A DNA stretch of 64,000 nt from Octopus bimaculoides (taxonomy: Eukaryota). The position numbers and the translations under genes were made by a program. The DNA lies in the NCBI RefSeq assembly GCF_001194135.2, contig NC_068996.1, positions 27,655,112 to 27,719,111 of the forward strand. Direction: 5' to 3'. This document shows, one piece after another, positions 39,615 through 51,250 of this stretch (positions are counted from its first letter, which is position 1; each line of letters opens with the position of its first letter). The notes below the pieces were generated by a model. That model saw only the letters and a list, made by a program, of their open reading frames with translations, ran no database searches and had not been told where the DNA came from.

Positions 39615-39783
39615 CTAATCCTAAACCTAATCCTAACACTAACCCTAACACTAACTCTAAACCCTAACCCTAAAACCCTTACCCTGACCCTAAAACCGTA
39701 ACCATAACACTAATCCTAACCCTAACCGTAACCCTAACCCTAAACCCTAACTCTGACCCTAAAACCCTAACCCTAACACCCTA
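39615..39783. repeat. Degenerate interstitial telomere-like (CCCTAA)n array
   Basis: About 170 bp of CCTAAC/CCCTAA/ACTAAC variants flanked by non-repetitive sequence. Confidence 0.8.
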
Positions 39784-39847
39784 GTGAAAATCGTGGTATA
39801 TTTACAAAACATTGACATATCTTTTGAATTATGAACATATTTACATC

Positions 39848-40795
39848 ATGATGCATGTGTGCAAACAGCCATGCTACATGGCAGCGAAACATGGGCTGTG
39901 ACTGCTGAGGACATGTGTAAGCTTGAAAGGAATGAAGCTAGTATGCTCCACTGGATGTGTAATGTCAGTGTGCATACACAACAGCTTATAAGTGCCCTGA
40001 GAGAAAAGTTGGACATAAGAAGCATCAGATGTAGTGTGCAAGAGAGACGACTGTGCTGGTATAGTCATGTGTTGTGTATGGATGAGGACAGCTGTGTGAA
40101 AAAGAGCCACACCCTAGCAGTAGAGGGAACCTGTGGAAGAGGTAGACCTAGGAAGACTTGGGATGAGGTGGTGAAGCACAAACTTTGAATGTTGGGCCTC
40201 ACAGAGATGAGGACAAGTGACCAAGGCCTTTGGAGATATGCTGTGCTTGAGAAGACTCGACAAGCCAAGTCAGATCGTAACTGTGGCCTATGCCAGTGCA
40301 GCGTAACCGGCCCATCTAAGAGTACCCTTCAATCACTGGGCAATAAACTGCACTTGCGAAGACCAGTTGAGACAAGTGAAGTCATTGTTGTGGCCAATGA
40401 CAGTACCGTCTGATTGGCACATAAAAAGCACCATTCGAGCATGATCATTGCGAGTGCCACCTGACTGGCTCCCATACCGGTGGCACATAAAAAGCACCAT
40501 TTGAGCGTGGTTGATGCCAGTGCTGGCTGATTGGTCCCATGCCGGCGGTACGTAAAAAGCACCATTCGAAAGTGGTCGATGCCAGTACCGTCTGACTGGC
40601 CTCTTGTGCCGGTGGCACATTAAAAGCACCCACTACACTCTCGGAGTGGTTCGCGTTAGGAAGGGCATCTAGCTGCAGAAACTCTGCCAGATCAGATTGG
40701 AGCCTGGTGCAGCCTTCTGGCTTGCCAGCCCTCAGTCAAACCGTCCAACCCATGCCAGCATGGAAAGCGGGTGTTAAACAACGATGATGATGATG
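39848..40795 (+). mobile_element. 5'-truncated RTE LINE (ORF C-terminus, 3' UTR repeats, GAT tail)
   Basis: MLHGSETW...ERNEASML...VQERRLCWYSHV...GRGRPRKTWDEVV, then ~66-bp tandem units and a (GAT)n tail. Confidence 0.9.
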
Positions 40796-41299
40796 TGTCT
40801 TTGTATCTGTGTTTGTTCCCCACCACTGCTTGACAACTGGTTCTGGTATGTTTATGTCTCCGTAACTTAGTGGTTTGGCAAAAGGGATCAGTAGAGTAAG
40901 TACCAAGCTTAAAAAAAGTAATGGGGTCAATTCATTCAACTAAAAATTCTTCAGGTGATGCTCCAAACAAACAAACAAACAAACAAATGTGGCCACTATA
41001 ATGGACAAAGTCAATAGTCATTAAAAAGGTTGCATGAAGCAATGAAAGAACTTTGACAAACAAAAACAAAACAATAAGATATTTAACCAATTGACTAATA
41101 ATAAAGGGGTGGAATTGAACCAGTGTGTATGTTTATTATATTGGTATAATGACTCTCCCCAGACACAACAAAATTTGTTTTGACACACAAATTCACATAA
41201 AGAATCTTGCAAATCAGAAACAAAACAATGTATGTATGTAAGTTCAAAAAAAAAGGAAAAAGACAAAAAACAACAACAAAAAACAACAACGTGAGGACG

Positions 41300-41470
41300 T
41301 GATACAGATAGTGTTACTAGACACTTGGGAAAGGAAAGAGAGAGAGTATGACGTTTCGAGCGGAGCTCTTCTTCGGAAACAAGGAAAGTTCAAAGAATGG
41401 AAAAACGGAGGAAGAAAAAATCGCCACCGATGTCCATGAGGTTACATTGTGGAAGGACCGGAAGGGGAAG
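41300..41470 (-). mobile_element. Penelope-like pLTR fragment with hammerhead-like motif
   Basis: Minus strand 41380-41346 reads CCGAAGA-A-GAGC-TCC-GCTC-GAAAC-GTC, the minimal PLE hammerhead layout but with C at core position U4. Confidence 0.5.
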
Positions 41471-41640
41471 CGGTGGTATGTATGCAAGCATGTATGTATG
41501 TATGCATGTGTATGTATGTATGTATGCATGGGTATGTATGTAAGCATGCATATATGTACACATGTATGTATGCATGTGTATGTGTGTATGTACGTATGTA
41601 TACATGCATGTGTGTATGTATGTATGTGTTTTGTTTATAC

Positions 41641-42965
41641 ACCAAATTTGCTGCAGAAGTCCACCAGGGTTCAGTTCATAGCTTCCTCTTATTTATCATG
41701 GTCCTCCAAGCTATAACTGAGGAATTTAAGACTGGATGCCCTTGGGAGCTCCTCTATGCCGATGACCTTGTTCTTATTGCTGAATCACTACCAAAACTAG
41801 AGAAGAAATTTTAGGTATGGAAGCAAGGTCTGGAATCAAAGGGCCTTAGAGTTAATTTAGTAAAGACCCAAGTGCCAATAAGTAGGAAAACAGACAAATT
41901 GTACACTGCCCGATATGTAGAAAAGGTAAGGGGAAACTCCATAAGCTGTACCCAGTGCAAGCTATGGGACACCTAAGCGGTGCAGCTGTATCACTGGGCA
42001 ACTAATGAAGAAAATAGTCTTTACATGTGGCAGATGTGCAGGTACATTAAACACCATGGATACACAAAAAACAAACTCCCACATATGCCAGGAGGGATCT
42101 CAAAAAGTAATAGACAGTTCCCATTACTTAGGTAACCAAGTCAGTAGTAGGGGTAGTTGTTCCAAAAGCATAGCTGCTAAAATAAGAATATGTTGCATGA
42201 AGTTCAGAGAGCTGCTACCTCTATTAATAATGAATGGCCTCTCCCTTAGAATGAAAGGCATATTGTATGATGCCTGTGTAAAAACAGCTATGCTACATAG
42301 CAGTGAGACATGGGCTGTGACTACTGAGGATATCTGAAGACTTGAAAGAAAAGAAGCCAGTATGCTTTGCTGGATGGGTAATGTCAGTGTGCATATATGA
42401 GAGTGTGAGTGATTTGAAAGAAAAACTGGGTATATGTAGCATCAGATGTAGTGTGCAAGAGAGAAGACTGTACTGATATGGTCATATGAATGAAGACAGT
42501 TGCATCAAGAGATGCTAATCTCTAATTGTAGAGGGAATATGTGGAAGTGGTTCATCCAGGAAGATGTGGCACAAAGTGGTAAGAAAGGATCTACAGACGT
42601 TGGGATTCACAGAGGGAATGACAGGGGACCAAGACACCTGGTAGTTTGCTGTGCTTGAAAAGACACATCAAGCTAAGTAAAAGCATAGCTGTCCTTGCAT
42701 ACAGGCTCATCCCCTGCAACCTTCTCCAGCTGAGTATCCCTAATATCATGGGCTTGTAGGTGCTGGTACCATGTAAAAACCACCTGTGCCAGTGCATATA
42801 AAAGCACCCAGTACACTCTGTAAAGTGATTGGCATTATGAAGGGCATCCAGCCATAGAAACCAAGCCAAAACAGACAGGGAGCCTGAACATCTCTTCAAC
42901 TGGTCAGCTTCTGCCAAACTGTCCAACCCATACCAGCATGGAAAACAGACGTTAAATGAAGATAA
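41641..42965 (+). mobile_element. RTE LINE remnant (RT, PHD-like finger, C-terminus, 3' UTR)
   Basis: EVHQGSV...QAITEEFKTGCPWELLYADDL, a Cys-rich block at 41907-42043, HYLG and MLHSSETW, with stops and frameshifts. Confidence 0.9.
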
Positions 42966-43745
42966 TGAACATCAACCACTTCACAGAAAGAAGTAGGTGC
43001 TTTTTATATGGTACCAGAATGAATGCTTCGTATGCAAAACTGGCACAAGTGCCTTATGTGGAAACAGTACAGATGTTCTTATGTGGAACTAGCACAAGTA
43101 TTTCCCATGTAACATGAGTGCTTTCTTATGTGACCCCAGCACAGATGTTTTTCTATGTGGCATTGACATGGGTGCTTTTCTATGTGGCACCAGTACAGCA
43201 GGTGCTTTTCTACACATTACACGGCCATACCAACACAGTCTTCTCTTTTGCACACAACATCTGATGCTATGTATACTCAGTTTTTCTCTCAAATCACTTT
43301 CACTTTGTTGAATATGCACACTGATAAGGGACTGTGATCTCTGGTGATTTGCTGTGCTTGAGAAGACATGTCAAGTCTTCTCTCTTGCACACTACATTCG
43401 ATGCCACATATACCCGTTTTTCTTTCAAATCACTTACATTCTATTGTATATGCATCCAGTGAAGCATACTGGTTTCATTCCTTTCAAGTCTTTACATATC
43501 CTCAGTAGTCACAGCCCATGTCTCACTGATAGGTAGCACAGTTGTTTGTACACAGGCACCATGCAAGCTGCCTTTCACTGTAAGGGAGAGGCCCTTCATT
43601 ACCAACAGAGGTAGTAGCTCTCTGGACATTGCCCAGCCTATTCTTATTCTAGCTGCTATGCTTTTGGAACAATCACCCCTACAACTAGCTTGGTCACCTA
43701 AGCAATGGAAACAGTCTACTACTTCTAGGGATACTCCCTGGCATA
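42965..43745 (-). mobile_element. RTE LINE 3' remnant, tail-to-tail with the previous copy
   Basis: Minus strand reads ETWAVTTED and CVQKRRLCWYG, plus degenerate ~30-bp UTR repeats. Confidence 0.75.
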
Positions 43746-43789
43746 CGAGGGAGTCTATTTTTTATAATAAATATATATATATATATGTA

Positions 43790-45197
43790 TGTATGTATAT
43801 CAATCAGTTTCATTTCTGTATTTCTGGTCCATAGAGAAAGAGCCGGACTGTAACATAGATTCAAGGCTCCTTCATTGGAACTTTTATCAACATCATCTAG
43901 GTATTTGTGCATATGTGTGTGTGTGCAGTATTTGGTGTTAGTGTATGCGCAGATTTGTATGTTTGTAAAGATATGTAAAACTTTCCAAAAATTTAGCACA
44001 TAAATACATATGCATGCATCTAGACATAAAAATGCATCCATAAAACAAACATTGATGGCTTGAATCTGTAGTCTTCTAATTAGCCTTTTTCTTTCAGGTT
44101 TTGAGAACCCTAATTTTTCCAGGTTTTTGTTGAGGCAGTTTGTTACATATCCCAANNNNNNNNNNNNNNNNNNNNNNNNNNNNNNNNNNNNNNNNNNNNN
44201 NNNNNNNNNNNNNNNNNNNNNNNNNNNNNNNNNNNNNNNNNNNNNNNNNNNNNNNNNNNNNNNNNNNNNNNNNNNNNNNNNNNNNNNNNNNNNNNNNNNN
44301 NNNNNNNNNNNNNNNNNNNNNNNNNNNNNNNNNNNNNNNNNNNNNNNNNNNNNNNNNNNNNNNNNNNNNNNNNNNNNNNNNNNNNNNNNNNNNNNNNNNN
44401 NNNNNNNNNNNNNNNNNNNNNNNNNNNNNNNNNNNNNNNNNNNNNNNNNNNNNNNNNNNNNNNNNNNNNNNNNNNNNNNNNNNNNNNNNNNNNNNNNNNN
44501 NNNNNNNNNNNNNNNNNNNNNNNNNNNNNNNNNNNNNNNNNNNNNNNNNNNNNNNNNNNNNNNNNNNNNNNNNNNNNNNNNNNNNNNNNNNNNNNNNNNN
44601 NNNNNNNNNNNNNNNNNNNNNNNNNNNNNNNNNNNNNNNNNNNNNNNNNNNNNNNNNNNNNNNNNNNNNNNNNNNNNNNNNNNNNNNNNNNNNNNNNNNN
44701 NNNNNNNNNNNNNNNNNNNNNNNNNNNNNNNNNNNNNNNNNNNNNNNNNNNNNNNNNNNNNNNNNNNNNNNNNNNNNNNNNNNNNNNNNNNNNNNNNNNN
44801 NNNNNNNNNNNNNNNNNNNNNNNNNNNNNNNNNGCCTTCCCAATCTCATGATGGTATTTACCTCATGTCTGCAGACTTCATCAAGGGGTGCACTTCGACA
44901 CTTGGTGGTTATGAGATGATGTCGAAGAGATATGATACGGCATTGAAAGGCAGTCTGAATTGATGTTAGGCCCCTCCCTCCTTTATTTCGTTTTAGGTAT
45001 AGGTGGTCTACATCGCTATTGATGTGAAAGTTGTTTGTGTTAGTATTTTCTGGGTCTTCACATCAAGGGCTCGGATTTCATCGATCGTCCAGTCAAGTAT
45101 CTCGAATGTCGGTACGAGTACTGGTACTGCAAACACATTGTGGGCTATTGCTTTATTGAACGCAGAGAGTTCCGAGGTCCATATTTTCTTAACCCGA
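43790..45197 (-). mobile_element. RLE-type (R4-like) LINE spanning the gap 44156-44833, set in (TACA)n tracts
   Basis: RVKKIWTSELSAFNKAIAHNVFAVPVLVPTFEILDWTIDEIRALDVKT on one side of the gap and LEKLGFSKPERKRLIRRLQIQAI on the other. The 3' UTR is shared with 58870-59640. Confidence 0.75.
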
Positions 45198-45212
45198 TCA
45201 ATCGATCGATCG

Positions 45213-45256
<44 letters not shown>

Positions 45257-45596
45257 ATNNNNNNNNNNTATGTATGTATGTATGTATGTATCTATGTATG
45301 TATGTATCTATGTATGTATGTATGCACGCACACACACTACGAAGTCCTATGCTAAACACCATAAATATTATGATGCACTACACACTATTATACTAATTCA
45401 TAATGATGATGCATACACTATTACTCTGTATTCTATTATATAGTATATACTAGACTACATTGCATTAATACAGTACATTATGCTGTACTATTCCATACAA
45501 CATTAATGAAGTACACACACACGCACATTATGTTGATAAATTTGTTCACTTCTTTCTGTTACTTGAATTAACATGAAAAGTATCATCATAGTATTT

Positions 45597-46779
45597 TATG
45601 GGTTCTTTTTATGCAGCTCTATTCTTCCTCTACAACTTTTGATTATCATCTTCGAATTTGAATAGATTTTATCTCTTTCCAGAGATATGATGATGGAGTG
45701 TCGAGTAGAAAAAAAATGAGTATCTACGACATCTGCTTCTCTTCACTTTTAATCAAGGTTCCAAAGTTGTCGAAGCTACTCAAGGCATTTACACTGTGTA
45801 TGGAGAAGGTGCTATTACTGAAAGAACTGCACAGAAATGATTGTTACACTTCAAGGAGGAGGAACTTCAGCTTCACAAATGCTCCACATTCTGGCCAACT
45901 TGTTCGTTTTAATGAGGATTAACTGAACCAACTCATCTGCACCAGCCTAGTAGGGAATTAGCCCAACAGATGGGATGCTTCATGATATTGACACCCATCA
46001 CCTTCACTTGATGTGTAAGGTCCAAAAACATGGATTGTTAGACACTCTAAACAAAAGAGACAAATTCCAGAGTTCTTCCATCACCACTAGTTTGCTTGCT
46101 CAAGACCAGGCTACCTGTGGATACAAACAGAGATTTCTTTACCACATCATCATGAGCAATGAAAAATGGTGTGTATATGTCAATATGAAGCAGAGGAAAG
46201 AATGACTGAGTCCTGACAAGCAAGCTTGAGTTAAGCCAGAGCTGCATCCATGCAAGAAAATGTGATCAGTGTTTATGGAATTGGAAAAAGCCAGTTCATT
46301 ACAAAATGTCTGCAAACAACCATAAGGTCAATGCAGAGGTTTTTGTTCAATAAATGCACCAGCTCAATGAGGCAATCCAGCTGAAATGACTCAGTATGCT
46401 TCTTTAACATGACAATGCTCCCCCCTACCTCCACACACACACACACATTGCTAATTTAACCACAAACGCTAATCAAATGTTTGGTTGGAAACTTCTACCA
46501 CACCCACTGTATTCTCCTCATATAGTGCCTTCAGATTATCACCTTTTACAGTTGCTCTCCAAAAGTCTGGAACTGAAAATGTGGCTTGAATTTTTCAAGT
46601 CAGACACTTGGTGATTTATACTGTCAAGCCATTGCCAAACTACTGGAACATTGGTAAGAAGTCGTGAACAATGAAAGAGGATATACTTTTGACTGATTTG
46701 TTAAAATTATTGATGTAAAATAAGAATTAAAATAAACAAACAAAAAAAAAACAAGAGCATTCATCTGAAAACCCAATAT
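45597..46779 (+). mobile_element. Degenerate mariner
   Basis: MECRVEK...EKWCVYVN...HPLYSPHIVPSDYHL. Right end AAAACCCAA-TA; the left TIR is only loosely matched. Confidence 0.8.
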
Positions 46780-46842
46780 TCAAACATTAAATCACAGTAA
46801 GTCATAGAAACTATTTATTTATAATTAGGAAAAAAAGAAAAC

Positions 46843-49033
46843 ATGCAGATTTTCAACAGTCAGCTCCTCCAGCCACTGGCTCTGGTTTTTTCGCAATCAA
46901 CCCGAATTTCTTCAAATGTCTCACAACCTTCATGCCAGGCACTACAGTCTCATCCACTAGGATGTCATCTATATAGGAACAGGTGGCCCTTCTTATCCTA
47001 TCCACCTTTCCCAGGATGGATTTGAGCACTGTTACCATGATCTTTGGCACAGAATTCAGCCCAAAACCCAGCCTTGTCAGACAATGTGTCCAGCATTTGT
47101 ATCGCACCAGTTGGTACTGCCACAGTTTGTCGCTCACATGGAGCTGCAAATATGCCAACTTCAAGTCGATGATCATTGCTGCTTTAGTCGACTGCCTCCA
47201 TATGTGCAGCATCTCATCACAGACGTTGGTCGCCTTGCCACCTGTGTAACATGATACATGGCCATTTATCTCCTGAAAGTCCAGTACCGGTCTAACTTTG
47301 CCCTTTGTTGGCTGCACCACTGCCATTAGAGGTAGCACTCTGCTCACCCCCTCCTCTTTCCACAGGATAAGGACACCTTCCTTAATCCACTTCTCTACCT
47401 CTGCTTCAAAATCGTCCCTGGCGTGTCTTTTCAGGGTATGGTGGTAGCAGATCACCTTGTTTTTTAGGTGTTGGGGGTCCTTCTTTCCAGCACCATTCTA
47501 TCGTCCATCACTGACCATCGAACGCCACCTGAAAATCCTTGTCTTCAATGGCATAGGCAGTGCAGCTCTTTGTGAAGCTCTTCTCCCGTTCACATTCCTG
47601 AGTCACGGTGCCTCCATAGCACCAAACAAAACTATGTCTCCTCCAACACTGACACCTCCAAGGCAGTCAACTGCATCCATCCTCATTACCACATCGATCC
47701 TGTCTACCACATGGTCAATCACAATCGCCTCAAGCCTTAACATTGCGCCTCACACCGCTATATCCACATCGCTGCTACCCTTGCATTCGATTTCACTGCC
47801 GTCAACCACCCGAATGCTACCCGTCCCCTTCCATTTCTTATTTCTTTATTGCCCACAAGGGGCTAAACATAGAGGGGACAAACAAGGATAGACAAAGAGA
47901 TTAAGTCGATTACATCAACCCCAGGGCATAACTGGTACTTAATTTATCAACCCCAAAAGGATGAAAGGCAAAGTCAACCTCGGCAGAATTTGAACTCAGA
48001 ACATAGTGGCAGAGGAAATACCACTAAACATTTCACCCAGCATGCTAACGTTTCTGCCAGCTCACCATCCCCTTCCATTTCTTTGTCACCCTCGGAGTCA
48101 CAAGAGTCATTGTGCAGCCTGTGTCCACAAGGGTCTGTGTTTCCCCTGACCACGACCTTAACTACGGACAGTAACTTCACCAACACCTCTATTCATTCAC
48201 AGGGGAAGTTTGAGAGGCATCAACTTACCCATGGCCTTTTCCCTGGCTACAACTTCAGGCAATATGCCCAGTCTGTTTGCACCAGTAGCAAACCAGTCTG
48301 GGCTCTGCACAGTCCTTCACCATGTGCGGTCCTTGGCACTTAAAACACCATCCTGTGAATGGCTACTGTTGTTCCACAGCCGGCCTCCATCCCTACCCAG
48401 TATATTCGTCGACCTGTTCCCCTCTTCATCTGATTGTTCCCGGCTTAGCAAAAGCAGTGTACTCTCTATGTAAGCCTCTCTCAAGCGTTGCTCGATCTTA
48501 ACTGTGCTCAGCTGTTCTTCATCCATTTCGAGGTACAGTGCCAGTGCACTCCCTTCCAAAAACAACGTCATGAGGCTTGCTACATCTTCAATGCCTTGTA
48601 GCCTGGCCACAACTTTGATCTTTCAAATCCAGGCTAGTACATCACCTTCGCTATAGAAAGGTCTGATGACATCATTGTCAATCCTTATCTTCGCTGCCAT
48701 CATATATCAAGGGGACAATGATGTCTATATACAATTGTTGAAATAACTTGTGCATGGGAAATGAAAAGAGGTTCACCTACCTTCCCCTCTTGTTTGCAAC
48801 CGTCTACTAGTAATCACTCCGGCGATCCTGCCCTACCACGTCACTCAGTGTAAGCAGCTGCTATCTCACCAACCTGAGAGTGAATTCTCTCATGTCTGTT
48901 TGCAATGCCTCGGCCGGCCAAAAGAGGGTGACCCTATCCTGTCCCTCCCAGAACTTCCCTTCTCGCGCTTCCTCTTCCAGTCAGTCCCTTGACCATTGAC
49001 GTCATGGCCCTCTTCTTCCAGCTCATCCCAACA
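46843..49033 (-). mobile_element. Ty3/Gypsy-like LTR retrotransposon remnant (5' LTR, gag, zinc knuckle, protease-like, RT)
   Basis: Putative LTR 48736-49033 with TGTTG...CAACA ends. gag MMAAKIRID... starts at 48703, followed by the CYWCKQTGHIA*SC knuckle and RT RPVLDF...LTRLGFGLNSVP...SYIDDIL. 3'-truncated. Confidence 0.8.
47840..48067 (-). mobile_element. ATT-family tRNA SINE inserted in the LTR element
   Basis: Perfect 16-bp TSD TCCCCTTCCATTTCTT at 47824-47839 and 48068-48083. Confidence 0.9.
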
Positions 49034-49256
49034 GTTTACATTTAGAATTTATTGCAAACCTGACCTCTAGCATAAAACCAATGATTTCTAATTTAAGCAC
49101 AAGGCCAGCAACTTTGAGGGGAAGGTTTTAGTCAGTTATATCCACTTCGGTACTTAACTGATTCTTTTATTTCATTGACTATGGAAGAGTGAAAGCAAAG
49201 TTGACCTCTGTAGGGTACGAACTCAGAATATAAAGAGCAGGAAATTAGCGACAATT

Positions 49257-49400
<144 letters not shown>

Positions 49401-50145
49401 AACAACACTGATGCAAGTACTTGCATTGCAGCTATGCTAGTCCCTATACAGATTACATCGACCTCAGAACTTTACTAGTTTTTTTTATTTAATTGAACCT
49501 GGATAAAAAAGAAAGGCAACGTTGACCACTACAAGATTTGAAATCAAACTGTAGTGAATGTTGATACTAGGAGTTCAATCCTCCTCAAATCACACCCCGA
49601 CAGCCTTGAATATGTCACAACGATAATATGGCCCAGGAATGGAGGAAAAAATAGGGTGGTGGTTTCGGCCGGTATTCCTTTAATCATAAGACTAATCCAT
49701 CAGCAAGAACAAAGAGTGGTATTTCGTTTTATTAAATCCAGGAAGATGAAAGACGAAGTTGATCTCAGCGAGATTTGAACTGTTTTTTTTTTCTTCTTAG
49801 TGAACCAACTGGAGGTACACTTGAAAAATATACCCAAATAACATCGACAATAACATCACGACTAATAAATATTACATAATATTATATAAGTTACATTTAA
49901 GACAAACAAAACAAGCAAATATGAATGCATGCATGGTGCAGTCTTAAAGTGTGGGAACACTAGACAACTGCCTAGTGGTGAGGCTTCGCAAGTCTAGAGG
50001 CCCTAATTCTAATCTTTGTATATTCGGTTGTGGTGTATGTATGGAAAAGGCAGTGTATTGTTTCACCCACAGCCTCGCAGCCCTATAACGCTTTTAAGAT
50101 AGCCCTGTATGTGTTTACTTTATAAATAAAATTCTTTTAACTTAC

Positions 50146-50308
50146 CGGCAACAGCGGTGTCACCCCAAAAACCACTTGCGCACCCAATTCTAACAACATC
50201 GTGTTCATTCGGAATTTTGTAACAGTACTGTCGATTAAAACTGACAAACTTTTTCAAGGAATAACGGTTGTTTAAAAACAGTTTAGAAGACATTCTAGAA
50301 GCTGACAT
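50146..50308 (-). CDS. AtuA/DUF1446-family protein, coding exon 1 (mitochondrial-presequence-like N-terminus)
   Basis: ATG at 50308 reads MSASRMSSKLFLNNRYSLKKFVSFNRQYCYKIPNEHDVVRIGCASGFWGDTAVA+G, then donor GTAAG (phase 1). RIGCASGFWGD matches the N-terminal motif of AtuA/DUF1446 proteins. The first ~34 aa are S/R/K-rich with no acidic residue. Confidence 0.9.
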
Positions 50309-50399
50309 CGTTTTTTTTTTTAAAGAAATAGACAAGTTTTTTACTTTGTTGTTGATATGTATCAGTCTCTTTTTTTTATAAATATATATGAATGAGAAT

Positions 50400-51250
50400 G
50401 GGAAAAGGCTCAATGCTGTTATCTATACATATGAGGATAAATTAGATTAAACAAATAATTATAAGGTGAAGATAAAATCAAATAACATCGGCGCCGTGAT
50501 ATTTTGAACTCAAATAAACGAATGCACTATAAAAAAAAACAAATCTAGTCTGTTTGTTATTACTTTGAATTTCAATTATTGTTGCATCAACGAAGCATGT
50601 TACTTGCCTAACGTTAATAATGCATGTGCGTGTATACGACATCGATAAAAAATATATATAAGGAATCAATATTATACAAATATGTTATATATATATATAC
50701 ATATATCTTCGTCTTATCTTTTCATTTATTCTTTTATTTTTCTTCTTCCTGTTATCGGTTCGTTCTGCTCTCCCTTCTTTACTTGCTTTCTCTTACACTT
50801 CCAAGTACACACGGACGCGCTAATGTTTTGTGTGTACTCACGCACTTTAGCATACATACCACATGTGTACAAAGTTCTCGTTAGGAAGGTCTCAGCAAAA
50901 CAAAGCGTGTGTGTGTGTTCAGATGTACAACACAACGTTGTTTTGTTACTATACACTTTATTAGCATTGTACATATTTATACCAAGTGCTCCTAATCTTA
51001 TAAACGTTCTTCGTGGCATTTCCCCACCTCACCCCGACTAATTAGCATGAAATCGTTCATCAACAAATTGCAATCTCTGATCCATAGATGTGCTATCATC
51101 TCCTTGCGGTCTTTTTCTTTAAACCCATGTAGCCTCGCCATCGGCCATTGACAACTCTTTGCTCTCGTCATTCATATCTATTCGTAAAACTCAGCCAACG
51201 TTTTGAAAGTAAATTTCTCCTCAACCCTCAGGAAATCTAAAACATTAGCA
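50400..51250 (-). promoter_or_regulatory. Probable promoter/5' region of the AtuA-like gene
   Basis: Repeat-poor stretch with local CpG retention directly upstream of exon 1. Contains the palindrome CGGCGCCG (50489-50496) and DRE-like CATCGATA (50640-50647). The TSS cannot be seen from sequence. Confidence 0.35.

Noticed and set aside
39615-39783. True chromosome end
   Set aside because: The repeats are degenerate, short and flanked on both sides by intronic sequence of a gene spanning the site.
40400-40625. CRISPR-like periodic repeats
   Set aside because: Units are homologous along their full length with no unique spacers, they lie in an RTE 3' UTR, and there are no cas genes in this eukaryotic DNA.
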